From contig JAGWKJ010000001.1 in the NCBI GenBank assembly GCA_028865375.1, positions 1 through 34,151 of the forward strand: a stretch of 34,151 nucleotides of DNA, written 5' to 3'. Origin of the DNA: Hyphomicrobiales bacterium (GTDB taxonomy: Bacteria > Pseudomonadota > Alphaproteobacteria > Rhizobiales > Beijerinckiaceae). Positions 10,313 to 19,392 of this stretch are shown here, piece by piece. The notes beneath the pieces were generated by a model. It had not been told where the DNA came from and searched no databases. It saw only the letters and a program-made list of their open reading frames with translations. The position numbers were made by a program, and so were the translations under genes. Positions within the stretch are counted from its first letter, which is position 1. The number at the start of each line of letters is the position of its first letter.

Positions 10313-12141
10313 TCGCCGGGGCGCGCGCGCAGGGGACCTTGGACAGGCTCGACGCGGCGCTCGCATGGGTCACGGAGGCGCCGGCGGCTTTCGCCGTCGC
10401 CTTCGAGGTCGCGCTGCTGTTGGTCGGCGTCGTGTCGCGGTTCGTCTTCGACGCGCCGTTGACGTGGTCCGACGAGCTCGCCTCCATCGTCTTCCTCTGG
10501 CTCGGAATGCTCGGCGCGGCGATCGCGCAGCGCCGCGGCGGCCACATGCGCATGTCCACGCTGGTCGAAAAGCTCGACGGCCCGTGGCGGGACGCGGCCG
10601 AGGCGTTCGGCGTCGCCATACCGGCGCTGTTCCTGGCGATCGTGCTGTGGCCGTCCGTGGGCTATGCGTCCGATCAGGCGATCGTGCACACGCCCGCGCT
10701 CGACATCAGCGAGGCGTTCCGCGCCGCCGCGGCCCCCGTCGGCGTGGCGCTGATGCTGGCGGGAAGCCTGTTGCGGCTGGCGCGGCGCAACCCGGGCGCG
10801 CTGGGCGCGGTGGCGGTCGGCCTCGTCGCCGCCGCGCTCGCGCTGAAACTTGCCGGACCGGCGATCGTCGCGATGGGGGCGTGGAACCTCGTCCTCTTCT
10901 TCGTCCTCCTCGTCTCGGCCGGCGTGCTCGCCGGCGCGCCGATCGCGTTCTGCTTCGGGCTGGCGACCGTCGCCTACCTGATGACGACTTCCTCCGTACC
11001 GCTAGGCGTCGTCTCGGGGCGCGTCACCGAGGGCATGAGCTCGATCGTGTTGCTCGCGGTGCCGCTGTTCATCCTGCTCGGCCACGCGATCGTGATGTCG
11101 CGGATGGCCGGCGCGATGGTCGATTTCCTCGCCGCCATGGTCGGCCACGTTCGCGGCGGCCTGTCCTACGTGCTGCTCGGCGCGATGCTGCTCGTGTCGG
11201 GCATTTCCGGCGCCAAGACCGCCGACATGGCGGCGGTGGCGCCGGTGCTGTTCCCCGACATGAAGCGGCGCGGCATTCCCGAGGGCGAGCTCGTCTCGTT
11301 GCTCGCCGCCTCGGGCGCGATGGCCGAGACGGTGCCGCCCTCGATCGTGCTGATCGTCATCGGTTCGGTGACCGGGGTGTCGATCGCCGCGCTGTTCACC
11401 GGCGGCCTGCTGCCCGGCGTGGTGCTGGCGCTCGCGCTCGCCTATGTCGCGCGGCGACGCATGGCGGACCCCGGCGCCGCCAAGGCGACGTGGGGCGAAG
11501 TCGGCGGCAAGCTGCTGCTCGCGGCGCCGGCGCTGGCGTTGCCGGTCGCGATCCGGTTCGCGGTGGCCGACGGCATCGCGACCGCCACCGAGGTCGGCAC
11601 GATCGGCGTCGCCTATGTCGCGCTCGTGGCCGCGCTGTTGCGCCGGCCGGTCGGCCCGCGCGCGATCTACCGCGCGCTCGTCGAGACGGCGGCGATGTCG
11701 GGCGCGATCCTCTTCATCATCGGCGCCGCGACCGCGATGGCCTGGGCGCTGACGCAGGCGAATTTCTCGGGTCGGCTCGCGACCGCGCTGGCCGCCGCGC
11801 CGGGCGGCAAATACGGCTTCCTGCTCGGCTCGATCACGCTGTTCGCCACGCTGGGCAGCGTGCTCGAAGGAATCCCCGCGATGGTGCTGTTCGGGCCGCT
11901 GCTGTTCCCGGTCGCCCGCGGGCTGGGCGTCAACGAGGTGCATTACGCGATCGTTGTCGTGCTCGCGATGGGCGTCGGGCTGTTCGCCCCGCCGTTCGGG
12001 CTCGGCTATTACGCCGCCTGCACCATCGGCGAAGTCGATCCGGCCAAGGGCATGCGGCCGATATGGAGCTATCTCGGCGCGCTGATGGGGGCGCTGCTGC
12101 TGGTCGCCTTCGTTCCTTGGATCTCGACCGGGTTCCTGTGA
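10309..12141 (+). CDS. TRAP transporter fused small/large permease (DctQ-DctM fusion)
   Basis: The ATG at 10309 overlaps the DctP stop (ATGA). 610 aa and highly hydrophobic. The N-terminal ~170 aa is DctQ-like and the remainder is DctM-like (GISGAKTADMAAVAPVLFP...). The upstream part of track ORF 9991..12141 is out-of-frame overlap with the binding-protein gene. Confidence 0.9.
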   Translation: MIAGARAQGTLDRLDAALAWVTEAPAAFAVAFEVALLLVGVVSRFVFDAPLTWSDELASIVFLWLGMLGAAIAQRRGGHMRMSTLVEKLDGPWRDAAEAFGVAIPALFLAIVLWPSVGYASDQAIVHTPALDISEAFRAAAAPVGVALMLAGSLLRLARRNPGALGAVAVGLVAAALALKLAGPAIVAMGAWNLVLFFVLLVSAGVLAGAPIAFCFGLATVAYLMTTSSVPLGVVSGRVTEGMSSIVLLAVPLFILLGHAIVMSRMAGAMVDFLAAMVGHVRGGLSYVLLGAMLLVSGISGAKTADMAAVAPVLFPDMKRRGIPEGELVSLLAASGAMAETVPPSIVLIVIGSVTGVSIAALFTGGLLPGVVLALALAYVARRRMADPGAAKATWGEVGGKLLLAAPALALPVAIRFAVADGIATATEVGTIGVAYVALVAALLRRPVGPRAIYRALVETAAMSGAILFIIGAATAMAWALTQANFSGRLATALAAAPGGKYGFLLGSITLFATLGSVLEGIPAMVLFGPLLFPVARGLGVNEVHYAIVVVLAMGVGLFAPPFGLGYYAACTIGEVDPAKGMRPIWSYLGALMGALLLVAFVPWISTGFL

Positions 12142-12171
12142 GCGCCCGCGCGGCGGCCGCGCCTCGGCGCT
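12141..12171. terminator. nested GC-rich hairpin filling the convergent gap between the TRAP permease and LacI genes
   Basis: AGCGCC-c-GCGCGGC-g-GCCGCGC-ctc-GGCGCT has two nested perfect inverted repeats. It occupies exactly the space between stop codons 12139-12141 and 12172-12174. There is no clear U tract. Confidence 0.35.
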
Positions 12172-13197
12172 TCAGACGTTCTCGCGCGTGCAAATCTCGA
12201 ACGGCAGCACGGCGCCCAATCCGCCGCCGCGCGCGCCGGCGTCGAGCGCGCGGGCCATGCCCGACACCGCGAGATCGGCGAGGCGATCCAAGGAAACGGA
12301 GAAGGCCAGCGACATCGTTCCGTCGAGCAGGGCCGCGCGCGTGTTGTCCATCAGCTGGTGACCGACCATGACCGTGCGCCCCGCCGCGCCCGCCGAACGC
12401 AGCGCCGCCATCGCGCCGGCGATGCCGCCGCCGGCGACGAACAGGCCCGCGAGATCCGGATGCTCGCGCAGCAGGCCCTCGGTCACTTCTTGCGCCACCG
12501 TGCTCGACTCGAACGTCGACAGCGGTTCCAACAGCGCGAACTCGGGCGCGAACTCGCGCAGGTAGGAGCGGAAGCCGCTCTCGTTCTGCTCCTGGCAGCG
12601 ATAGCGGTGGTTGCCCACGAGGATCCCGAGCTTGCCCGGCCCCTTGCACAGGCGGTGCATCGCCCACCCCGCGGTGCGCCCTACCTTCCAATTGTCGGCG
12701 CCGACGTAAGGCACTTCGCCGCCGGCCTCGAGCTCCGAGATCAGCGCGAACACCGGCACGCCACGTCCTTGGAGCGCGTCGATCGCGCGCGCCACGAGCG
12801 GATGCACGGCCGCGACGACGCCGATGGCGTCGCACGCCCCGCCGAGCGCGAGCATCCGCCCGGCGATGTTCTGGGGCGTGAGCTCGTCGACGAACTCGAC
12901 CGCGATTTCGACGTCGGCGCCGCCGAACCGGTCGCCGGCCGCGACGAGCGCGTCGGCGAGCATGCGATAATAGGTGCGGTGCGGCTGGTGCAGCAACATG
13001 CCGAACCGGTGTTTGGCCTTCGCCGCGCCGACGCGGCTCTCGATCGAACCGAGACCGTAGAAGCCGATGGCGGCGGCCGCGTCGCGCACGCGCCGCATCG
13101 TCGCGTGGCGGACCTTGCCGCCGCCGATGACGCGATTGACGGTGGAAATCGAAACGCCCGCCGCGGTCGCCAGATCCTTGATCGTCGGACGTCCCAT
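12172..13197 (-). CDS. LacI-family transcriptional regulator
   Basis: 341 aa. The N-terminal HTH is MGRPTIKDLATAAGVSISTVNRVI, followed by a periplasmic-binding-protein-like sugar-binding core. It is divergent from the oxygenase/ABC operon. Confidence 0.9.
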   Translation of the reverse strand: MGRPTIKDLATAAGVSISTVNRVIGGGKVRHATMRRVRDAAAAIGFYGLGSIESRVGAAKAKHRFGMLLHQPHRTYYRMLADALVAAGDRFGGADVEIAVEFVDELTPQNIAGRMLALGGACDAIGVVAAVHPLVARAIDALQGRGVPVFALISELEAGGEVPYVGADNWKVGRTAGWAMHRLCKGPGKLGILVGNHRYRCQEQNESGFRSYLREFAPEFALLEPLSTFESSTVAQEVTEGLLREHPDLAGLFVAGGGIAGAMAALRSAGAAGRTVMVGHQLMDNTRAALLDGTMSLAFSVSLDRLADLAVSGMARALDAGARGGGLGAVLPFEICTRENV

Positions 13198-13495
13198 CGC
13201 TTCCCCCCGTCGGCGATCCTCTCAGAGCGTCTCATTCGTTCGCCGCACAATGGCATGAAAGAGACGTTTTGATTCGAAACGATCATATCAACCTTGCCTC
13301 CAAATGGAATAGACGTTCTAATCAATTCACGCAGATCGACCGCCGCCGAGACGACCGGCCGTTCGAGAAAACCAAAGATCGTCAATCAAAACTTGCGGCC
13401 GCGACGCGCGGCGCCCGGGGTTTGGTCGCCGACGGCTCATGCCGTCAGGCGAGACGGCGAGGTGCGCGTCGACGCACCATGCCACGGAGCGTGTC

Positions 13496-14509
13496 ATGGA
13501 TGACTTGGCATTTGGCGTCAGGAACAAGCGCGGCGATTGGACGCCGAAGGCGCGGCTCGAGTTCGCCCCGTTCTGGGATCGGCCGTTGCGGTTGGCCAAG
13601 ATCCTCGCTTGGCTGCCCGGCTACGTGTGGCCGTGGAACGCGTTCCATCTGGCGACCGCGCTGCTTTACTGGCGCTTCGTCGTGCCCGACGCGGAGACGA
13701 TGAAGACGATCTCCTGGGGCTGGGCGCTCAGGCTCTACGTCGCCAACGCGCTTTCGATCTTCGCGCTCTACGGCGCGATCGAGCTGTTCTGGTACGTCCG
13801 GCGAAAGCAGGGCGTGCGCTTCAAGTTCAACGGCAAGTTCCCCGCGGACAATCCCTCCGACGTGTTCTGGTTCAAGAGCCAGAACCTCGACAACGCGTTG
13901 CGCACCTTCTTCGTCGGCATCCCGTGCTGGACGATCGTCGAGGTCTTCATGCTGTGGGCCTTCGCCACGGGTCGCGTGCACTGGCTGACGTGGGCCGACC
14001 ATCCCGTCTATCTCGCGGCGCTCGCGCTGCTCGCGCCGGCGATCCACGAGCTGCATTTCTTCGCCATCCACCGCGCGATCCATTCGCCGTGGCTCTACAA
14101 GCACGTTCATTCGGTGCACCACAATTCGATCAACCCGTCCCCGTGGTCGTCGCATTCGATGCACCCGGTCGAGACGTTGCTCTATCACTCGGTCGCGCTC
14201 TGGCACCTCGTCATCCCGTCGAACCCGGTGGTCGCGCTGTTCCAGCTGCACGTCGCGGGCTTCGGCGCGCTCAACGGGCACATCGGCTTCGACAGGCTCG
14301 AATTGACCGAGGGCGCCGCTCTCGAGAGCCACGCCTTCGCGCACTACCTGCACCACAAATATTTCGAGGTGAACTACGGCGGCGACGGGCTGATCCCGCT
14401 CGATCGTTGGTTCGGCACCTGGCACGACGGCACCAAGGACGGCGATGCGCTGATGCAGGCGCGCTTTGAGAAGAAGCGCGCCCGATCGAATGCCGGCCGC
14501 GCGGCCTGA
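13496..14509 (+). CDS. membrane di-iron oxygenase, fatty acid hydroxylase / sterol desaturase superfamily
   Basis: All His boxes are intact: HELHFFAIHRAIH, HKHVHSVHH, HSMHP and HAFAHYLHHKY. There are four hydrophobic segments N-terminal to them. The ATG at 13496 (MDDLAFGV) has a GGAG 6 nt upstream. The track start 13439 has no RBS. Confidence 0.85.
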   Translation: MDDLAFGVRNKRGDWTPKARLEFAPFWDRPLRLAKILAWLPGYVWPWNAFHLATALLYWRFVVPDAETMKTISWGWALRLYVANALSIFALYGAIELFWYVRRKQGVRFKFNGKFPADNPSDVFWFKSQNLDNALRTFFVGIPCWTIVEVFMLWAFATGRVHWLTWADHPVYLAALALLAPAIHELHFFAIHRAIHSPWLYKHVHSVHHNSINPSPWSSHSMHPVETLLYHSVALWHLVIPSNPVVALFQLHVAGFGALNGHIGFDRLELTEGAALESHAFAHYLHHKYFEVNYGGDGLIPLDRWFGTWHDGTKDGDALMQARFEKKRARSNAGRAA

Positions 14510-14566
14510 ACCGCGCGACGGACGTCGAACCCGCCATCGGGGCGGACGACAAGGGAGGAGATGGAC

Positions 14567-15553
14567 ATGAAACTCGGCAAGACCATAATGGCCGCCGCGC
14601 TTGCGGCCTCGGCGCTGGCGATCGGCGCGGGCGCGGATTTCGCGCAGGCGAAGGGCGCCAAGATCTTCGTGATCGGCGGCAAGGCGGACGATCCGTTCTG
14701 GTCGAAGGTGAAGAAGGGCGCCGACGAGGCCGGCCTCGTCGCCAAGGCGAACGGCGGCTCCGTCACCTGGCTCGGGCCGGCGAATTACGACAACCTCGGC
14801 CCCGACGCGGCGAAGCTGATCCGCACCGCGCTGAGCCAGCATCCCGACGCCATCGTGGGACCCGACTGGGTGCCCGCGGCGGAAGACGACGCGTTCAAGG
14901 CGGTCGTCGCGGCGCACGTCCCGCTCATCGTCTACAACGCCGGCGGCATGGACGCGGCCAAGCGCCTCGGCGCGATGAACTACGTCGGCAGCGACGAATA
15001 CGTGGCGGGCGTCGGCGGCGGCGAGTATCTCGGCGCCCACGGCGTGAAGCACGCGATCTGCGTCAACACGCTGCCCGGCACGTCCAACATCGAAGCGCGC
15101 TGCAAGGGCATCGCGGACGGGCTGGCCAAGAGCGGCGGCAAGACGACGGAGCTTCCGCTGCCGTCCTCGAACTTCGGCAACCCGACGGCGGTCGCCCAGG
15201 CGGTCAAGGCGGCGCTGATCAAGGACAAGAGCGTGGACGCGCTGGTCGCCATCGGCGCGGGCGACGCGGACGCGCTGGCGACCGCGATTCCCCAAGCCGG
15301 CCTCGCCGACAAGGTGAAGCTGGCGTCGTTCGACATGGACGAGGCGGGGCTGGCGCGCATCAAGGCGGGCAAGCAGTTCTTCGCCATCGACCAGCAGCCT
15401 TATCTCCAGGGCTTCCTCGCCGTCTCGTTGCTCAACGGCTACGTCGATTACGGCGTCGACCTGCCGACGCGCCCCGTGCTCACCGGCCCCGGAATCGTGG
15501 ACGCCTCGAACGTCGACGCAACGCTCGCGGGCGCCAAGGCCGGCGCGCGCTGA
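14567..15553 (+). CDS. sugar-type ABC transporter periplasmic binding protein (PBP type I, CUT2-like)
   Basis: The protein begins M(DM)KLGKTIMAAALAASALAIGAGADFAQA (Sec signal). The mature part, KGAKIFVIGGKADDPFWSKVKKGADEAG, is typical of ribose/fructose-type binding proteins. ATG 14567 is better spaced from GGAGG than ATG 14561. Confidence 0.85.
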   Translation: MKLGKTIMAAALAASALAIGAGADFAQAKGAKIFVIGGKADDPFWSKVKKGADEAGLVAKANGGSVTWLGPANYDNLGPDAAKLIRTALSQHPDAIVGPDWVPAAEDDAFKAVVAAHVPLIVYNAGGMDAAKRLGAMNYVGSDEYVAGVGGGEYLGAHGVKHAICVNTLPGTSNIEARCKGIADGLAKSGGKTTELPLPSSNFGNPTAVAQAVKAALIKDKSVDALVAIGAGDADALATAIPQAGLADKVKLASFDMDEAGLARIKAGKQFFAIDQQPYLQGFLAVSLLNGYVDYGVDLPTRPVLTGPGIVDASNVDATLAGAKAGAR

Positions 15554-15564
15554 GGCGAAGAACG

Positions 15565-15631
15565 GCATCCGGCGCCCCCGTGCGCCGGATGCTCCGCGGC
15601 GCGCGGGCGGCGGCCTCCTCTCCGCCCGCGC
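15565..15631 (+). promoter_or_regulatory. two tandem perfect stem-loops in the binding-protein/permease spacer (intra-operon attenuator or mRNA stabiliser)
   Basis: Hairpin 1 is GCATCCGGCGC-ccccgt-GCGCCGGATGC (15565-15592, 11-bp stem). Hairpin 2 is GCGCGGGCGG-N11-CCGCCCGCGC (15601-15631, 10-bp stem). There is no U tract. The position after the binding-protein gene is typical for differential expression within ABC operons. Confidence 0.45.
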
Positions 15632-15682
15632 GTTCCCGCGGCGCGACCGACTGACCAAACGCAACGGGACGGACCGACGACC

Positions 15683-16752
15683 ATGACCTCGGACGCTTCG
15701 CGCGCCGCCACGACGGCCGCGCCAAACCCGGCGCAGGACGCCGCGCCGCCGGCCCCTCGGGCCCGTCGATCCCTCGGCGGACTTCTGCGACGCCCGGAAA
15801 CGGGTTCGTTGATCGGCCTCGCCGCAGTGTTCGCGTTTTTCTCGTTCTTCGGAGGCGCCGACTTCCTGTCGGCGGGCGGCTTCGCGAGCTGGCTCAACGT
15901 CGCCTCCGAGCTCGGCATCATCGCGCTTCCCGTCGGCCTGCTGATGATCGCGGGCCAGCTCGACCTCTCGATCGGCACCATCCTGCCGGCGAGTTCGATG
16001 ACGGTCGCCATCGTCTCGGGCCGGTTCGGCGCGCCCATCGTGGTGGGCATCCTCGCCTCTCTCGCGCTCGGCCTCGCTGTCGGCTATCTCAACGGCGCGC
16101 TCGTGGTGCGCACCAAGGTGCCGTCGTTCGTCGTGACGCTCGCGACCCTGTTCGCCGTCGCCGGCTTCACGCTCGGCCTGTCGGTGATCCTCACGGGGAG
16201 CACCAGCGTGGCGCTGACGGCGCCCGAGCCGGCCAAGGGCCTGATCGGCGACTACGTCGGCGGCAAGTTCCAGACGTCGATCTTCTGGTGGATCGGCGCG
16301 GTCGTCGTGGTCGAATTCGTGCTGCACCGCTCGCGCTACGGCAACTGGATCCTCGCGCTCGGCGGCGATCCGGTCAGCGCGCGAAACGCCGGCATCCCGG
16401 TCGACCGGCTGACGATCGCGCTCTTCATGGCCAGCGGCCTGTGCGCCGCCTTCGTGGGCATGGAACAGGCGATCCTGTTCAACAGCGCGCAGGTGTCGGC
16501 GGGGCAATCCTTCATCTTCAACTCGATCATCGCGGTCGTGGTCGGCGGCGTGCTGCTGACGGGCGGCTACGGCACGGTGGCCGGCATCGTCTTCGGCACG
16601 ATGACGTTCGCCATCGTGAACCAAGGCATCTTCTACACCGGGTTCGACGCGAACTGGGCCAGCGCGATCATCGGCGCCCTGCTGCTGGCCGCGGTGCTGA
16701 TGAACAACACGTTCCGCAACATGGCGATGTCCGTCGCCGCCCGACCAAAGGC

Positions 16753-16756
<4 letters not shown>
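15683..16756 (+). CDS. sugar ABC transporter permease (RbsC/XylH-like, single-permease CUT2 type)
   Basis: 357 aa and polytopic. It reads LIGLAAVFAFFSF...GIIALPVGLLMIAGQLDLSIGT...GGVLLTGGYGTVAGIVFG, characteristic of branched-chain/ribose-type permeases. Confidence 0.9.
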
Positions 16757-17576
<820 letters not shown>

Positions 17577-17580
<4 letters not shown>

Positions 17581-18359
17581 GCGGCGACTTCGTCCTCGGC
17601 GCCTGCGCCGAAATGCTGTGGCGCGACCGGCCGATGGAATGGCGACTGCGGCGCCTGACGGAGCTCGGGTTCGAGGCCGGCATCTGGAATTGGCAGGCGC
17701 ACGACCTCGCCATGCTCGAGCGCTCGGGCGCGAAATTTTCCTCGATGACGGGCTACGTCGCCGGCCGGCTCGCCGACGACGCGGGCGCCGACGAATTGCT
17801 GGCGACCGCGCGCCGGTCCGTCGAAGTCGGCAAGCGGCTGCGCGTGGCGCGGCTCAACTTGCACGGAACCGGCCTCGGAGACGGCGGGCTGCCCGTGACG
17901 CCTTGCGAGAGGGTCACCGGCGCGATGTGGATCAAGGCGCGTGACACGCTCGCCCGCATCGCCGACCTCGCCGACGAAACCGGCGTCGTCTTCATGCTGG
18001 AAAACCTCAATCTCCCCGTCGACCATCCCGGCACGCCGTTCGCGCGTGTCGCCGACACGCTGGCGCTCGTGTCGTCGGTCGACCGGCCGCGGCTGAAACT
18101 GAACTTGGACCTCTACCACGTGCAGATCGGCGAGGGCGACCTGATCGGCTGGTGCCGGCGCTGCTTGCCGTGGATCGGCGAAGTGCAGATCGCCGACGTG
18201 CCCGGGCGCATGGAACCGGGCACCGGCGAGATCAACTATCGCGCCGTCGCCGGCGCGCTGAAGTCGATGGGCTATCGCGGCCCGGTATGCTTGGAAGCCT
18301 TCGCTTCGGGCGACGCCGAGGCCGCGCTCGCCTCGTTTCGCGTCGCGTTCGGTGGATGA
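17577..18359 (+). CDS. hydroxypyruvate isomerase family TIM-barrel (xylose-isomerase-like fold)
   Basis: The ATG at 17577 overlaps the ATPase stop (ATGA). Motifs are FMLENLN, LNLDLYHVQIGEGDL and GEVQIADVPGRMEPGTGEINY, which are Hyi/OtnI-like. 260 aa. Confidence 0.85.
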
Positions 18360-18437
18360 AGGCGCGCGCCTCGCCTTGATCCCGCCAGCCGCCGGGCGCA
18401 GCTTCGCGATCCGACACGGATCGGGACGGAGGCTTCG

Positions 18438-18719
18438 ATGGTCAAGGCGGTCTGGAACGGCGAGACGATCGCGCAATCCGACGACACGGTCGTCGTAGAG
18501 GGCAACCATTACTTTCCGCGCGAGGCGGTGAAGGCCGGCGCGCTCAAGCCCAGCGCGACCACGAGCGTCTGCCCGTGGAAGGGCGTGGCGTCCTACCACA
18601 CGCTTGTCGCGGGCGGGCGCGAGAACCAAGACGCGGCCTGGTACTACCCCGACCCGAAGCCGGCGGCGGCGCAAATCCGGGACCGGATCGCCTTCTGGAA
18701 GGGCGTCGTTGTCGCCTGA
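18438..18719 (+). CDS. DUF427 domain protein
   Basis: 93 aa. The sequence AVWNGETIAQSDDTVVVEGNHYFPREAV...SVCPWKGVASYHTL...AAWYYPDPKPAAAQIRDRIAFW matches the conserved DUF427 pattern. A GGAGG RBS is present. Confidence 0.8.
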   Translation: MVKAVWNGETIAQSDDTVVVEGNHYFPREAVKAGALKPSATTSVCPWKGVASYHTLVAGGRENQDAAWYYPDPKPAAAQIRDRIAFWKGVVVA

Positions 18720-18739
18720 CGGGCGGCGGACCGTGGAAA

Positions 18740-18779
18740 TTGCTGCGATTTGCTGCGCAAAAAAATCTTTTTTTGGCGC
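18740..18779. promoter_or_regulatory. TGC-rich direct repeats plus A7/T7 palindrome upstream of phaR (candidate PhaR operator)
   Basis: TTGCTGCG is repeated at 18740-18747 and 18750-18757, a 10-bp phase. It is immediately followed by GCGC-A7-TC-T7-GGCGC (18755-18779). The element lies 50-90 bp upstream of the phaR start. Confidence 0.35.
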
Positions 18780-18828
18780 CGCAAAAGTCCTAGGCTCCGG
18801 GCGAGTTCGGGCGGGGAGCCTTGCGTCG

Positions 18829-19392
18829 ATGGCCGACAAGTCGCCGGTGATGATCAAGAAATACGCCAATCGGCGCCTGTATCACACGGGCTCGAGCAGC
18901 TACGTCACGCTCGAGGACCTCGCCGCGATGGTGAAGAAGGGCGAGGATTTCGTCGTGCGGGACGCCAAGTCCAACGACGACATCACGCGTTCGGTGCTCA
19001 CCCAGATCATCTTCGAGCAGGAATCGCGCGCGGGGCAGAACTTGCTGCCGATCTCGTTCCTGCGCCAGCTGATCGGCTTTTATGGCGACAGCCTGCAAGC
19101 GCTGGTGCCGAGTTATTTGCAGATGTCGATCGACCGCTTCGCCGGCGACCGCGGCGCGGTGAGCGAGGCCGCCGCGCGCGCCTTCGGCCCGACGGGGGCC
19201 AACGCCTTCGAAGAGATGACGCGTCGCAACATGCAGATGTTCACGCAAGCGCTCGGCGTGTTCGCGCCGTTCCAGCCGCCGCGCGACCCCGGCGCGGCGC
19301 CGGCGCGCGGCGAGGACGCCAAGCTCGACGCCATGCGCGCCGAACTCGACGCCATGCGCGAGAAGCTCGAGACTATCGCCTCGCGTAAATGA
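18829..19392 (+). CDS. phaR: polyhydroxyalkanoate synthesis repressor PhaR
   Basis: The ATG is at 18829. MADKSPVMIKKYANRRLYHTGSSSYVTLEDLAAMVKKGEDFVVRDAKSNDDITRSVLTQIIFEQE is the hallmark PhaR N-terminal DNA-binding domain. 187 aa. Confidence 0.92.
   Translation: MADKSPVMIKKYANRRLYHTGSSSYVTLEDLAAMVKKGEDFVVRDAKSNDDITRSVLTQIIFEQESRAGQNLLPISFLRQLIGFYGDSLQALVPSYLQMSIDRFAGDRGAVSEAAARAFGPTGANAFEEMTRRNMQMFTQALGVFAPFQPPRDPGAAPARGEDAKLDAMRAELDAMREKLETIASRK

Noticed and set aside
13265-13281. A LacI operator in the LacI/oxygenase divergent spacer (CGTTT-N7-AAACG within TGATTCGAAACGATCA).
   Set aside because: It has only 5-bp arms with atypical spacing, and it is not the usual central CG-symmetric 14-16 bp LacI-family palindrome. 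It is too weak to report as a feature.
13445-16624. Very long ORFs antisense or out of frame to recognised genes. Examples are 13445..16624 (-, 1059 aa), 22521..25676 (-, 1051 aa), 23357..26641 (+, 1094 aa), 4421..7015 (-, 864 aa), 10365..12371 (+, 668 aa), 16668..18869 (-, 733 aa), 87..1133 (+) and 2408..3871 (+).
   Set aside because: Their translations are monotonous Arg/Ala/Gly/Pro/Asp-rich strings with no family motifs. Each overlaps a gene in another frame that has clear conserved motifs. This is the expected stop-codon-poor shadow ORF behaviour of very GC-rich DNA.
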